Below, in pieces: positions 48,086 through 59,812 of a DNA stretch of 64,000 nt. The DNA lies in NCBI GenBank assembly GCA_977018835.1, contig OZ361256.1:6696001-6760000 (forward strand). Direction: 5' to 3'. The stretch's first letter is position 1, and the number at the start of each line of letters is the position of its first letter. This DNA comes from Minutocellus sp. GHC0000111. Lineage: Eukaryota. Position numbers and translations under genes: made by a program. Below the pieces are notes generated by a model. That model had not been told where the DNA came from and did no database searches. It was given only the letters and a program-made list of their open reading frames with translations.

Positions 48086-48214
48086 TTGCTCTGTTTCGTC
48101 GAGCGATCAATATAAACATTTGGAATCCATTTACAAGCACTATGTATCCATACGTACTCTTTTGGTTGCATTTCGTGTCTATTTTAGAAATTTATCCCAT
48201 TGCTTTTGCTATTA

Positions 48215-49027
48215 CTACTCCTTCCTCAACTTGACGAACAAGCTGGTGGCCTCGGCATACAATGTTTCTCCGTCATGACTCTCCAACCTCGCTTGAAAGT
48301 AAATCTTTCGTCCCTCGCTCCTCACATAGTACACTCGCACAACGGCCCGACTGTCTTCCATCAACGGTGCCCGATAATCAATGTTCAGGTTGGCCGTAAC
48401 AATCTTTGTCATGTCCGCATCCAAATCCGCATCCGACATGAGCAGCGCCTCGTATCCCCACCCCATGGCATCGTCAAATATGAGCGATATGATACCTCCA
48501 TGGACGATGCCCTCGTGCCCATTGACCTGGTTGCCCAGCTGCACATCGCCGACGGCCACCTCGATGGGTTCGGCACCCTTCACGCTTCTGTGGTTGAGTT
48601 GCAGCTTTGCGCTGTCAACAGGATGATGGACGCGTCGGTAAAAGTTGTACCGTTCGATCCTCCCCTCTCCCAACAGCGGGCCGAATATGGCGTGCGATTC
48701 GGTCTGCGATCGGTCCGGCGGGTGGACGCGCTCGTAGTGGTCGTGCGAGGATGGGTCAAATGGTGACGACTCGCACATGGCCACGGCACCTAACCTATTC
48801 ATAAATGCATTGCGCTTTTTGACATTCGAAACAGTCGCTGATGCTGGGTGCGATGGTACATATCCCTCCACACCTGACGCCGTTGACGACGCCAGAAGGA
48901 GGCTGGCAGCAGCTGTTGCGGTTGCGGCAAGTGCAGCGGCAGTACCGGCACGTGATGTGTTATTCCCTCCAATAGCGATCCTGCCGCTCCTCAAACGAGG
49001 CGAGGAGTGTGCAAGAGTGCGCATCAT
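48215..49027 (-). CDS. Hotdog-fold acyl-CoA thioesterase (PaaI/THEM4-like)
   Basis: NGHEGIVHGGIISLIFDDAMG, VTANLNIDYRAP, EGRKIYF, LYAEATSLF. Confidence 0.88.
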   Translation of the reverse strand: MMRTLAHSSPRLRSGRIAIGGNNTSRAGTAAALAATATAAASLLLASSTASGVEGYVPSHPASATVSNVKKRNAFMNRLGAVAMCESSPFDPSSHDHYERVHPPDRSQTESHAIFGPLLGEGRIERYNFYRRVHHPVDSAKLQLNHRSVKGAEPIEVAVGDVQLGNQVNGHEGIVHGGIISLIFDDAMGWGYEALLMSDADLDADMTKIVTANLNIDYRAPLMEDSRAVVRVYYVRSEGRKIYFQARLESHDGETLYAEATSLFVKLRKE

Positions 49028-49119
49028 GGCGGCTCAGTGTGGATATAGAATATAGACTGGTGAGCTTGGACCTTGTTACTGCCTTCTTCACCTCATATCT
49101 CATGTGTGTCGCGCCGATG

Positions 49120-50241
49120 TGTTGGACCGAAACCGGAGAATTCCCGATTCTGCGGAATCGGGGGGCAATTTTACCATTCGGCCGAACCGAAAACGAATCG
49201 GCCGAATCGCATTCTCTACAATACGAAAGCGAAGAACTTGAGCATTCTTCGGTCTCGGGTTTTCCGATTACGAAACCAAAGAATGAAAGTGCCACGTTGC
49301 GCTTTGTTCACGTTGGCCAGTACCAATGCGGCTTTTACTTTGTTGAGAGCGCTATTCAATTGCATGTACGTAATAAAATAAATGAGCAGCACCGATGCTG
49401 TGCAGCCAACCGTAACGATTCTCTGACTTGCAGCGTGGAAGATACGCAAGTCTGTTCCGCATGTTCGAGAGCACCGTTATGGAGAGAGGCCAAAATCAGT
49501 GGTAGCGGGTACGACAGATCCCATGCCGATCGAAAATGTGTTGTAGACCAACACATTGCTCATTGCTCATCATTACACATGCCGCACGTTGTAACTTGGG
49601 ATTGGATTACAAATAAATCAGCAAATCAATGAACTTGTACTAGTAGCATAATTTGCTATAATAATATGTTATGTACAATCTTCATAATACATACGATAGA
49701 TGTGCATTCAAGTAAGTTGCTGTTTCCTCTTCTTCGACCTTGACACATTTTCATGTTTTTTAGATGCAGCATTTTGTTCTTTCCTTTTTATTTGGAATTC
49801 CTACTGTATCTCTTTTTTTGCAGCTCACAGCTTAAATTCAGGTGTATCGGCTTCGGCACCCATAACATCCGTTGCGGTGGGGTGAGGGAACAGCAGCACA
49901 TGTGTACCTACTACTAATCGTAGCATGTGGTCAAGGCGATAGAGCGATTGTGATGAAAGTAGCCTCAAGACTTACTTCTTTTTTCGTTTGCTACCTGAGC
50001 AATCTTGTGCGAAGGAGGCTTTGTGGCCCTTGGGAGACGAGAGAATCGTCGACGAAGATTCTCTCGAAGCAGATCATTCTTCGGTTTCGTAAAAAAAAAT
50101 CACGAAACCGATGAAAAGCAGCCATTCTTTGGTCTCGAGGAAGGAGAGAGCCATTCGGCGGAATCGGACCGATTCCGCCGAACCGAAAAAGTGGGCTTCC
50201 CGATTCCGCCGAACGGGGAATTCTTCGGTTTCGGTCCAACA
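49120..50241. mobile_element. Non-autonomous DNA element with long (~170 bp) imperfect TIRs
   Basis: TGTTGGACCGAAACCGRAGAATTCCC...GCGGAATCGGG at 49120 and its reverse complement ending at 50241. TACGAAACCRAAGAATGA is also mirrored (~49270 and ~50075). No TSD recognised. Confidence 0.75.
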
Positions 50242-50350
50242 GATGCACGCCTGCCTGTCGGGTGATCGGCGAAGTTCGGCGACATGGTGCGCCTCGCGCT
50301 CTGAGCCATCCATCTCTCATTTTCGCTACTTTCACCTTGCCTTGCCAACG

Positions 50351-51709
50351 ATGACGACCCGCCGCCTCGCCCCGTCGCGGACCATCATCGCCTCGTTCGA
50401 GGCCGAACATCCCCCACAACAAGTTCAGCAACAAATCAATCAGGCGTCCCAAGCACCACCACCCCTATCCTCCTACGACGAGGGCCTGTACATCCTCCAC
50501 GTAGCGTCCGGTCCATGCAGCTCGGCCATCCCCTCCTCGTCCACCGCACCAATCTCGTGCGCCCTGTCCAATCAATCGGTCCAAACGTACGATGCCGCCA
50601 CGCACGCGCTGGCGCACACCGTATCCCGCGCGCATGCCGGTCCGATCACGGATCTGTGCCATCTCACCAACGAGGGGAGCGTGGTGGTGACGTCCGGACA
50701 AGATGGATACGTGCGCTTGTTTGACCTGCGACAATCGGCTTCGGCAACCAACAATAGCACTAACACCCAAGGACTATCGAAAGCGGCGGCCGAGATGCAA
50801 CTGCCCCGGAAGGAGGAGGCGCTGAGCGTCGCCATCGGGTATGGGGGGGCCCTGGCGGCAGTCGGTGGGTCGCGCGGGTTGGTCCATTTCTACGATCTGC
50901 GGTCCCTCGGCGGTACAGGCAATGGCGGTAATGGTGGCAATGGTGGTACTACTAGTAGTACTTGCAGTCCCAGCCTGCTGGGAACGTACGAGGACGCCCA
51001 CACGGAGGAGGTGACCCGGGTGCGCTTCCGGCCCGCGTCCGACCTGTCGGGGGCCACGACCAACACCCTTGTGACCGCCGGGGAGGATGGGCTGGTCAAC
51101 GTGTTCGACACCGCCCAACCCAACGAGGAGGCCGCCCTGTCCTCGGTCCTCAACGTCGGCACGCCGTTGCGCGACGTGGGATTCTTCGGACCCAGCGGGG
51201 AGGGGCTGTACTGCCTCACGGGCAGCGAAACCATGAGCGTTTGGCATCCCGACAGCGCCCAGCGGATATGCGACTTTGGGGACGTGAGGGCGCGGCTGGG
51301 GGACAGTGCCGGGATGGGCATCGATTACTTGGTCGGGTGTCACTGGGATGGACGGGCTCTGGCGCTGCTGGCGGGGAACAGCGACGGCGGTGCGGCGGTG
51401 TACCGGGTCGATGCCGGATCGATTGCGCTGACGCATACGCTGGTGGGGGGACACAGGGGATGTGTTCGGGGATTTGTAGCGACGCGAGGAGGAGGAGGAG
51501 CGGCAACGCAGGCACAACGGCATTGGATTACCGCTGGGGAGGACGCCCGCTTGTGCGAGTGGAATTTGGATGGGCCGGAGGCAGCAGCGACAGCGGTAGC
51601 CTCAGCGGCGGTCTCGCCCCGTATCAAATCATCAGCTAGCAACCCGTCCCAAAGAAGAGGAGGCCCCATCAAGCACACGAGGAAAAAGCAGTCTAATGCC
51701 CCGTATTAG
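50351..51709 (+). CDS. WDR89: WD40 protein, WDR89-like
   Basis: LLGTYEDAHTEEVTRVRF, LVTAGEDGLVNVFD..EEAALSSVLN, LYCLTGSET, DYLVGC, GGHRGCVR, ITAGEDARLCEW. Confidence 0.82.
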   Translation: MTTRRLAPSRTIIASFEAEHPPQQVQQQINQASQAPPPLSSYDEGLYILHVASGPCSSAIPSSSTAPISCALSNQSVQTYDAATHALAHTVSRAHAGPITDLCHLTNEGSVVVTSGQDGYVRLFDLRQSASATNNSTNTQGLSKAAAEMQLPRKEEALSVAIGYGGALAAVGGSRGLVHFYDLRSLGGTGNGGNGGNGGTTSSTCSPSLLGTYEDAHTEEVTRVRFRPASDLSGATTNTLVTAGEDGLVNVFDTAQPNEEAALSSVLNVGTPLRDVGFFGPSGEGLYCLTGSETMSVWHPDSAQRICDFGDVRARLGDSAGMGIDYLVGCHWDGRALALLAGNSDGGAAVYRVDAGSIALTHTLVGGHRGCVRGFVATRGGGGAATQAQRHWITAGEDARLCEWNLDGPEAAATAVASAAVSPRIKSSASNPSQRRGGPIKHTRKKQSNAPY

Positions 51710-51879
51710 TCTAGTTGCCCGCGTATTTCTTCTTACAATTGTCATGTAAAAATTTATTATGTGTATTCTATCATTTATTCTATTTCCCATGCCCGCGAAA
51801 CAGTGCAATTGTATTGTATTGCATCGCATGTAGAGGCAGTATATTTGTCAGGGTTTCCCCTGTGTTGTCTCGCCAACAC

Positions 51880-54707
51880 TCACGGTCCGCGATTGGCATG
51901 CATCCTCAAGAATGCCTCTATTTCTTTATGCGCGTCTTGGAAACTCCTTGCCCCTCCAAATCGCATCGTTGACCAAATGTCTGATACTATTTCTTCTGTT
52001 GGAGTTGGTGTCGGTGCGGCTGTAGGAGAGGTAGTTGATGGACTTGGCGTCGGTGCAGCTGTAGGAGGAACCGTCGATGGTTTGGGTGTTGGTACGGCTG
52101 TCGTAGGAGGTTGGATCCAGAGACACTTCTTTCCGAGCCCATGAACGTGTGTGCAACTTCCCTGACAACAAGGCAACTCCCCACCACAGCTACTTCCATC
52201 AGCTTCGCAAGTTTTTGGAGTTACGGTAGGATTGGGTGTGGTTGGCGTCCGTGATGGTGCGAGTGTTGTTGGAGCTGGACTTACCGGAGCATTAGTCGGT
52301 ACCGGGCTAACTGGTGCCTTCGTCGGCGAGGGGCTTACTGGAGCATCGGTCGGCGCAGGGCTAATTGGAGCATTCGTTGGCGAAGGGCTAACTGGAGCAT
52401 CGGTCGGCGCCGGGCTAATTGGAGCATGCGTTGGCGAAGGGCTTACCGGGGCATCGGTCGGCGCCGAACTGACTGGAGCATTCGTTGGCGAAGGGCTAAC
52501 TGGAGCATCGGTCGGTACCGGGCTAACTGGAGCCTTCGTTGGCGAGGGGCTTACAGGAGCATCGGTCGGCGCCGGGCTGACTGGTGCCTTCGTTGGCGAG
52601 GGGCTTACCGGAGCATCAGTGCCAAATAGCTTTAATACCCAATCAGTCGATAGTGACGGTTCAGCTGTGGGGTTAGCCGGCAATGGAGTGGAGGGTGGCT
52701 GAATCCAGAGGCACTTCTTTCCGAGACCATGAACGTGTGTGCAACTTCCCTGACAACAAGGCAGCTCCCCACCACAGCTACTTCCATTAGCTTCGCAAGT
52801 CTTTGGGGTTACAGTAGGATTGGGTGTGGTCGGTGTCTGTGATGGTGCCACCGTCGTAGGAGGCTGACTCATCGGAGCCGCCGAAGGTCTATCGCTAGCT
52901 CTTTCAGATGGCGATGCCGTAGGACTTGAAGTGACCGGCGAGGGTGTTGGCAAGGACGATGGGCTGCTGGAATGCGGCACAGATGGACTGGAACTGCTCG
53001 TTACGGTCGGAGATGACGTTGGATTCTTGGATGGACCTGGTGTTACTGGCGAAGCAGAAGGACTTTGTGTAGGTTGATTCGTCACCGGCGAAGAAGAAGG
53101 ACTCTGTGTAGGACTATCGGTCGCCGGTGCAGCACTGGGTCGAGATGTAGGACTATCAGTCACCGGTGCAGCGCTAGGATCATTTGTTGGTGAGGGTGTC
53201 AGCCCAGGCGTAGGCCTGATGGTCGGTGACTTCGTGGGCTCCGATGTGAACAAAACGGCGACTTCGTCTTTCTCCTCTGAGGCGGAATTATGAATGACAA
53301 AGGGCGGCTTGGCGACGTATGGATCCGCTGCAAGATCAAACGGCAGTTCTCTATCATTTTTCATGGCATATTTTGTTGGCAGATGGGATTCCCATTCAAT
53401 CATGGCGCTGGAAAGAGTGCGAGCAATATCGGCACGTTCGTCATGCAGATCATACTCTTCTCCTGGATCCTCCTTGAGATCGTATAGGAGCATTTTGTGC
53501 TCCTTCTTATTCCCTGTCGCCTTCCACAGATGCAGCTTCCAATCATCATACATCATCACCATCTTGGAATCGATATTCTTATGAGGAAATTTCCACACCA
53601 AGGGATTAGTCCGAGATCTGGCTGATTCCCCCGTCAAAATATCCGTCACATCCTCGCCATCAAAGCGCGATCCATCGATCGAAATACCCGCCATCGATGC
53701 CACTGTGGGCAGCCAGTCCATTGCCCACACGACGGAGTCAGACGTAGCACCAGCCGGAACTCGGCCCGGCCAACGAATGAGGAAGGGTTCTCTCAGCCCG
53801 CCTTCAAAAAAAAGTCGTGCTTACCACCTCGAAGTCCCCCAGCCCATCCCATCATATTAGTTGGGTGAGATTGTGAATCTTCCAGTACCGGCGCAGCGCC
53901 ATGATCTGCCGAAATGGCCAACACAGTGTTGTCAGCCAGACCAAGCCTATCAAGCTTATCGAGGATCCAGCCGATCTGCATATCAAGGGCATACAAATCG
54001 GCCAGGTAATTCCTCATCCCATCATCAATGTCGCCACCGAGCGCCTCGGCCTCGTCAAATTTAATCTGCATGTGAGCATCGAAATCTGATCGATCGACTT
54101 TGACATCCGAAAACAGATCGACCAAGTGCTGAGGTGGCTTCACCGGACTATGAGCGACGTGCGACCAAACGTTGAGATAGAAGGGACGGTCGTCATCCCG
54201 CGTCTCTTCAATGAAATCCAAAGCGGCCCCAAAGACGGCACTGTCCCTTCCCCTGGGATCTTTGTGCGTCGGGCCGATTACTTTGACGGTGTCCATGCCA
54301 TACTGGTCTCCAAAGCCTTCCGGACCAAGATGCCACTTGCCAACGTGGCCAGTACGATATCCATTGTCATGAAGGAGGTTGGTAACAGTTGGCAGTCCCT
54401 CGGGTATGCCAAAGTCGGCTGGGTACGATGGAAATTCGGCAGGATTGCGTCCCGTCATCAGCCCGGTTCGAGACGGATTGCACGTCGTGCCGGTAACATA
54501 GAATCGATTCAGCTTCATGCCCTCTCGGGCCAGGCGGTCGCAATTCGGCATCCATGCGTACGGATGACCGTAGACTGGTAAATCGCCCCACCCCATATCC
54601 TCTGTGAGGATGAAAACAATGTTGGGCCTATCGTCCTTTGCCGCTGCTGCGCCACCCAGTGAAAGTAGAGGCAGCCAAAGTAGCAGCGACATTTTGAAGA
54701 ACGACAT
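51880..54707 (-). pseudogene. Secreted sulfatase with a Pro/Ser/Thr mucin-like stalk and two 6-Cys modules; frameshift at the A8 run 53806-53813
   Basis: Signal peptide, RPNIVFILTEDMGWGD, CNPSRTGLMTGR (CxPxR), GHVGKWHLG, ADHG, LRGGKHDF/(shift)EGGLREPFLIRWPG, LYDLKEDPGE. The lesion could be a homopolymer sequencing error. Confidence 0.85.
52262..52622 (-). repeat. About 12 x 30-nt coding tandem repeat (APVSPxPTx), flanked by a ~150-bp direct repeat (52112-52260 and 52700-52850)
   Basis: Read directly from the sequence and its translation. Confidence 0.9.
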
Positions 54708-55343
54708 TGTAGCGATATTTGCTGGAACACAAGTGAGCTTGTGTCGACAGATCGAGTGTGAGCGACGGGTGCTCAAGGTGAAGATAAGTGAGTTGGATGT
54801 TTCACGGTGATGTGGTCGGGGGTCAATGATGTTGGAGGGGTGTCTACAATGCTGAGGAGAAGTGGTGGAACTTTCGTGCTTCATCGGCAACAACGACAAG
54901 ATTTCACTTCCGCACTCTCGCTAAAAGTGGACACTCGGAGTTTGCTTGTTGAAGGGGCAGGCGGAAAGACGGATCTGCATCACACGATCACACTCCTGAC
55001 ACGAAAGTTTCTTTACAATTTCGACAACTCTGAAATTGGAGGTCATCGTGAGCATAAGTTATCCTGTAGGATCGGATGTGGGATGTGGGTTGTTGTTTTT
55101 ATCCCGGACGATGCTTTTAGCAACTTTCCCCTAATGATTTCATTGCCGCCATGTGAGTCATGTACTGGCATGTGCTGGAACTCAAACAATTTTATTATTT
55201 TTGCAGAGTAGCAGGTCTGTTATGCGGTGGCTACTAACTACGTAGCTGGCCACGAAGATGTCTAGCCTAGCTACGTACGAGGCTCGTAGTGGGGTAAAGG
55301 GAGCTGCTTTGCTGTTGAGATTCGATTCTGACTTGTCTGTGTC

Positions 55344-55919
55344 ATGAAGGTTACATGCTACAAGATCGAAGATTCGGATGAGGCGTCAAGTAGTGCGCCA
55401 GATAGTCCTACAAGTATCTCTGCAGATGTGAGCATTGCTGAAGTGGCAAACGTCAAACCTTTTGGCATAGCAACTATACAACCGAAGTCTGATTCGACGC
55501 GTTCTGTTGTTCCTCACGAATTCAACAACATGAAAAATGATTTGCTCAAGACAGATCGAGGGGGCGAAAAATATTCCAAATATGCAGCTAAATTGCTCAT
55601 GTATTTAGCTGGGTGGTCGTATTCCGACCTTCCTGCTTTTGAAACCATGATGAGGCGCTCCTTTATCAGTGGAGTCGATTGTTTGGAGATCACGACAAAG
55701 AATGATCCCATTTTTTTTTTTGCAACGGCGCAAGTCATTCGAAGTTCGGATGGGGAAGTTGCCATTGTAGCTTTCAGGGGCACAGAGCTCACTAATGTTA
55801 TCAGTTGGTTGACAGATGCTACAACAACCACTATCAAAGCATTTTCAAAAGGAATAAAGGTCCATACTGGTTTCCTTCGCAATTTCCAAGCCATTTGTAA
55901 AAGTGAAGTAGATTACTGA
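55344..55919 (+). pseudogene. Class 3 lipase, N-terminal part only
   Basis: AIVAFRGTELTNVISWLTD and KVHTGFLRNF. No GHSxG exon is present before the convergent gene ending at 56142. Confidence 0.7.
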
Positions 55920-56141
55920 ACAAAAGATTTGAAAAATTGAAAGTATTCGTGCATCAAAGCAAGGATGTTCTGATTTTGTATTGCTATAATGTACCACCAA
56001 AGAAATTGCTTAGATTTTCTATGAGTCAAATTGTAAATTATAGTTGCGCGCTTCGGATTGAATCGTTAACTAACATATAATACATTCTCTCATTGTCGCT
56101 CAAGAATGAATAAAGCTGGAACCCAAATAATCAAAAATTGT

Positions 56142-56972
56142 TTATTCCCAGACGCGAAAGAACTTTCCATCCCGGCCATCATACTCTGCCTTCATCTCCT
56201 TGAGAACAATGCGAACCGCCTTGGCCTTGCCAAACCCATCCTTCAGCGTGTTCATGATTCGCTTGAACTCGGTTTTCCGGTTCCTCACGACGGGGTCATC
56301 CCATGTCTCGCCCGCTTCCTTGTTCACTCGAGTACGATACAGCGACATATGAAGGTTGCCCTGTACCTTGGACGCATCTAGTGACTTGCGAAGGCCTGAG
56401 AATCCATTGACAATGCCACTGATGGACGTATCGGTACCAAGGGCCACAGCCCCACTGTAACCCTTGTATCCGGTAAGATTGAAGGTAGGCAGGTCCGCCT
56501 TTGACTTATCAAATAGATTCTTTGCTGGTTTGCGGAAGGAAATGGCCATCGCTTCTTGATATGTGAGGGACCCCTTGTCCCCTTTGTACGTCTCGAGCGT
56601 AAAGTGATACGTGCCGTCACGTTGGAAGCAGTGCTGATGAATGGCTGGGTCACAGGTCTGCTCGCATCGCTTCAAGAAGGCCCGGCATTCTTCGTCGGGC
56701 TCAACAATGACTATCAAGCAGAATTCACGCTTGCCGCCGAAGGTGAAGGTGTTGGACTTGATACCCGAGGAAGCAGAACCTGAAGGTGAAGCGGAAGTAG
56801 ATGCAGGATTCTCCTCCTTCTCGATGCGGCGCTTCTTGCTGCTGCGTGGCTGCTCTCCCTTGCTCTTCTCTGCCACTACTTCGACAGCATCCTCATCGTC
56901 ACTCGAAAGGATGATGGGGTCCGTGCATGTTCCAGCTGCGGCCGCGGCGGCGGGGGCTTTGCTGAACGCCAT
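56142..56972 (-). CDS. 2H phosphoesterase-like protein
   Basis: Two Hx(T/S) motifs, YHFTL and LHMSL, about 85 aa apart. SIM-like IILSSDDED and an NLS-like KKRR at the N-terminus. Confidence 0.7.
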   Translation of the reverse strand: MAFSKAPAAAAAAGTCTDPIILSSDDEDAVEVVAEKSKGEQPRSSKKRRIEKEENPASTSASPSGSASSGIKSNTFTFGGKREFCLIVIVEPDEECRAFLKRCEQTCDPAIHQHCFQRDGTYHFTLETYKGDKGSLTYQEAMAISFRKPAKNLFDKSKADLPTFNLTGYKGYSGAVALGTDTSISGIVNGFSGLRKSLDASKVQGNLHMSLYRTRVNKEAGETWDDPVVRNRKTEFKRIMNTLKDGFGKAKAVRIVLKEMKAEYDGRDGKFFRVWE

Positions 56973-57415
56973 GGTGCCGAGATGCTGATGCGATGCGATG
57001 GGCATGGCAAGGCAGGCAAGGTCTTGATCAAAGGAACCCGGATTTAAGACTTTCATCCAGCAGCACAGCACAATCTGCCAGCCGGATGACTCGCATACTT
57101 TTGGTCGCACTTTCGGTGGCCGGCCGGCGCGCGAAGCAACCGACCGGCGCGCCCAACGCGAGCCACCATGGCGGCAAAAATTCAAATTGCCGCCGCTACG
57201 TGCAGAACGAAGGCGATATCTCGCGCTGGTGTGGGAGAATTACGGCACGAGACCAACCAGGTACTCCCGACATCCTGGTGATATTCCCGTTGGTCTCGAT
57301 CCATGGTTCTCCATGAGCAAAAAAAATAACGGCCGCAATCCCGCGGTCAACACCGCTCCCTGGTGGGCACAATGGCCAGGACGATGGGTGGGACAATGAC
57401 GACGATGTTGGGACG

Positions 57416-58310
57416 GTGGGCACCCTGACCACGACGGAGGCCGGCGAGATCAGTGAGGACGATGACGACGAAGACGAGGACTATGTGCCCTGTTATGAGG
57501 ACGAAGCTGATGTTGCAAGAGAAGACGCTGCACATGAAGCACACATGCAGCAGTGCTTTGAGAAGAGTCGTCAGAAGCACGGTGATGGCGAGCCAGAGAT
57601 GGGAGCTGTCGATGATGCCGAGGATGACGATGCCCCTCACTTCCATTTCCTGAAAAAGGCCGGCATTGAGGCGGCCGACTCAGGTAAAATAAGGGCAGTG
57701 CTGGCAGAGTGCTGGAGAGCTTTGTCTGTTAATGTTTCTGATGGCAACAACAAGAAGAAGAAACCAAGGACAATGGAGTTCATCCACCATAACACCTCCA
57801 CCAAAGGAACTCTCCTAGAGCACAATCGCGAGGAAGATGGCATGACGGATGACGACATCAAAGAGCTCTGCAAAGCTTGCTCTAATTTGCTCCACACTCT
57901 TGATGACGCAACATGTTCCAGGTTTCTGAAGTGGCACATGAAATGGGATGATGAGACAAAGAAGGCTGTGAGAGAGCTTGAAGCATTGATTGCAAGTGCC
58001 CTCAAGCAAGCACGGGCAATCGGCATTAGCATAACGCCCAAGTGGCACTTACTCGAAGATCACACATCTTGGACCAACACATTTGGCTAGTGAAGAATGT
58101 GGATGGGGCGGCATCCATTGGCTCGACGAATCGTTTGTAGAGCGAGCCCACCAAGAGGGCGTTAAGGAAGATCGTCGGACTCAGGGCGTCAAGGGATATG
58201 AGGCCCAACAGACGGCGCAGTTCAAGGCTGAGGAGAGGGCATCCAACCAATCCAAAGAGGTCGAGGAGAGGCAGGCGGACAGCATCGCGATTGAGCAAAA
58301 AAGTAAGTAG
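57416..58310 (+). mobile_element. Transib/Chapaev (RAG1-like) transposase remnant, frameshifted
   Basis: IGISITPKWHLLEDH, then in another frame GGIHWLDESFVERAHQEG: the His-x4-His plus catalytic Glu region. The family call is from memory of the motif. Confidence 0.6.
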
Positions 58311-59022
58311 TGCACCCAAACAAACACATCACGTCCTTCTTAACTCACCCATTTATCTCCCAGACCAAAAAGTCCCTTTGTCGGGTTGATTGTTGCATAA
58401 ACTTATCCCAATACTATCTCTGTCTCTCCTCGGGCGCAAAATTATTGTCGGAATTCCGGGAGGTCGAGTGGGGATGCGATCGGTCGGGATCAGCGAGAGT
58501 CGGTCACACGGGGGGTGCGGCGCAATCCCGGCAGTTTATCATCAACAACAACGTGGGAAAGTACCAGAGGGTCTGGGGCATCACAACGGGAGCACGACGA
58601 GCACAAAGACGGAGCAATGGCACCACCCCAGAGAAACGAACGGCCCGGCCGACAGATGCCTGGAGGAAAAGTAGGCCGATGGTTCGTGGCGTTGATACGC
58701 AGCGGAGGCCAATCTGAGGATACAGTGAGCTTCAACTATATCCAAACATGATAATGAATGCGTATTTGGTACGAAAATATAGTTATACGCCGGCGCAACG
58801 CCGACGGACCACCATGGTGTTGGACGGTCAAAGAATGGGTGACGAACGAGATTGGGTTTTGGTGGGTTTCTTCGTGACGTGTTCGTCTTCTGCCGAAAAA
58901 CGCTTCATCCGACAGGCGAAACAAGACGAGATGGGGCTGTGGCAGAGCAGCAGAGCAGTCAGAAGAGACGGGCGAGATCGAGAGGCTGATGAGAGGACAT
59001 CGCAATACACCTGAAGCGAAAG

Positions 59023-59772
59023 ATGCGCTCCATCCCTATTCTCGCAATAATATCGTATTTTATTACCTGCCAGGCACAGCCGCATCGCTTCGCTGATTTT
59101 GCAGCGAGCACCATCACGAGTCTAGCCGACATACCGCCACATGCTGGACCAGATGTTCAAGACGCATGGCGTCAGATCGACGACTTGATTGCCACATACT
59201 GGTCATCCGGGGATGGCTTTGATGGAAATGAGGGGAAAGAATACACCTATGGGGAGGTGACTGGCGTCGGGGCTCGTCAACTAGCTGCAGAAATGGGGAT
59301 TTCGTCTGCCAAAGCGAAAGGAAGAGAAGGGATAATTTTTTATGACCTTGGCTCTGGCGTAGCCCGTCTCGTTGTTCAGATGGTCTTGGATAATCCAGTA
59401 GCGATAAGCAAGTCCGTTGGCGTCGAGCTATCAAAGGAACGGCACGATGTTGCATCATCAGCACTATCGCGAATGCGATCCTCTGAATATAAATCTGATC
59501 TTTTGAGCAAAGTGGAATTGGCAAATGCAGATGCTCTTGAATATGATTTTTCGGATGCAACGCACATATTCATTTCTTCGCTGTGCTTTCCTCGGCAGGT
59601 ATTGGAGGAGTTGCAGGATATCGTTCTTACCTTGTACGATGTACGAGTTGTGGCTGCGTTGAATCGTCTCGACAAGCCCGAGTCTTCGGGATGGGAGGTT
59701 AAAGATGTACCTGTGCAAATGACTTGGGGCTCCGGTTCGGCAAAGATATATCGCAAAATGCCAGCAAGATAA
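59023..59772 (+). CDS. DOT1-like class I SAM methyltransferase with a signal peptide
   Basis: YTYGEVT..G, FYDLGSGVARLV, SVGVELSKERH, DATHIFISSLCF, VQMTW. Confidence 0.8.
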   Translation: MRSIPILAIISYFITCQAQPHRFADFAASTITSLADIPPHAGPDVQDAWRQIDDLIATYWSSGDGFDGNEGKEYTYGEVTGVGARQLAAEMGISSAKAKGREGIIFYDLGSGVARLVVQMVLDNPVAISKSVGVELSKERHDVASSALSRMRSSEYKSDLLSKVELANADALEYDFSDATHIFISSLCFPRQVLEELQDIVLTLYDVRVVAALNRLDKPESSGWEVKDVPVQMTWGSGSAKIYRKMPAR

Positions 59773-59812
59773 AGTAGATTGACCATAGATGTAACCATGG
59801 CAAATAATCGCC

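Noticed and set aside
52232..52702. Regularly spaced repeats resembling a CRISPR array or a plus-strand Gly-rich ORF
   Set aside because: No unique spacers; it is the antisense of a coding PT-rich tandem repeat.
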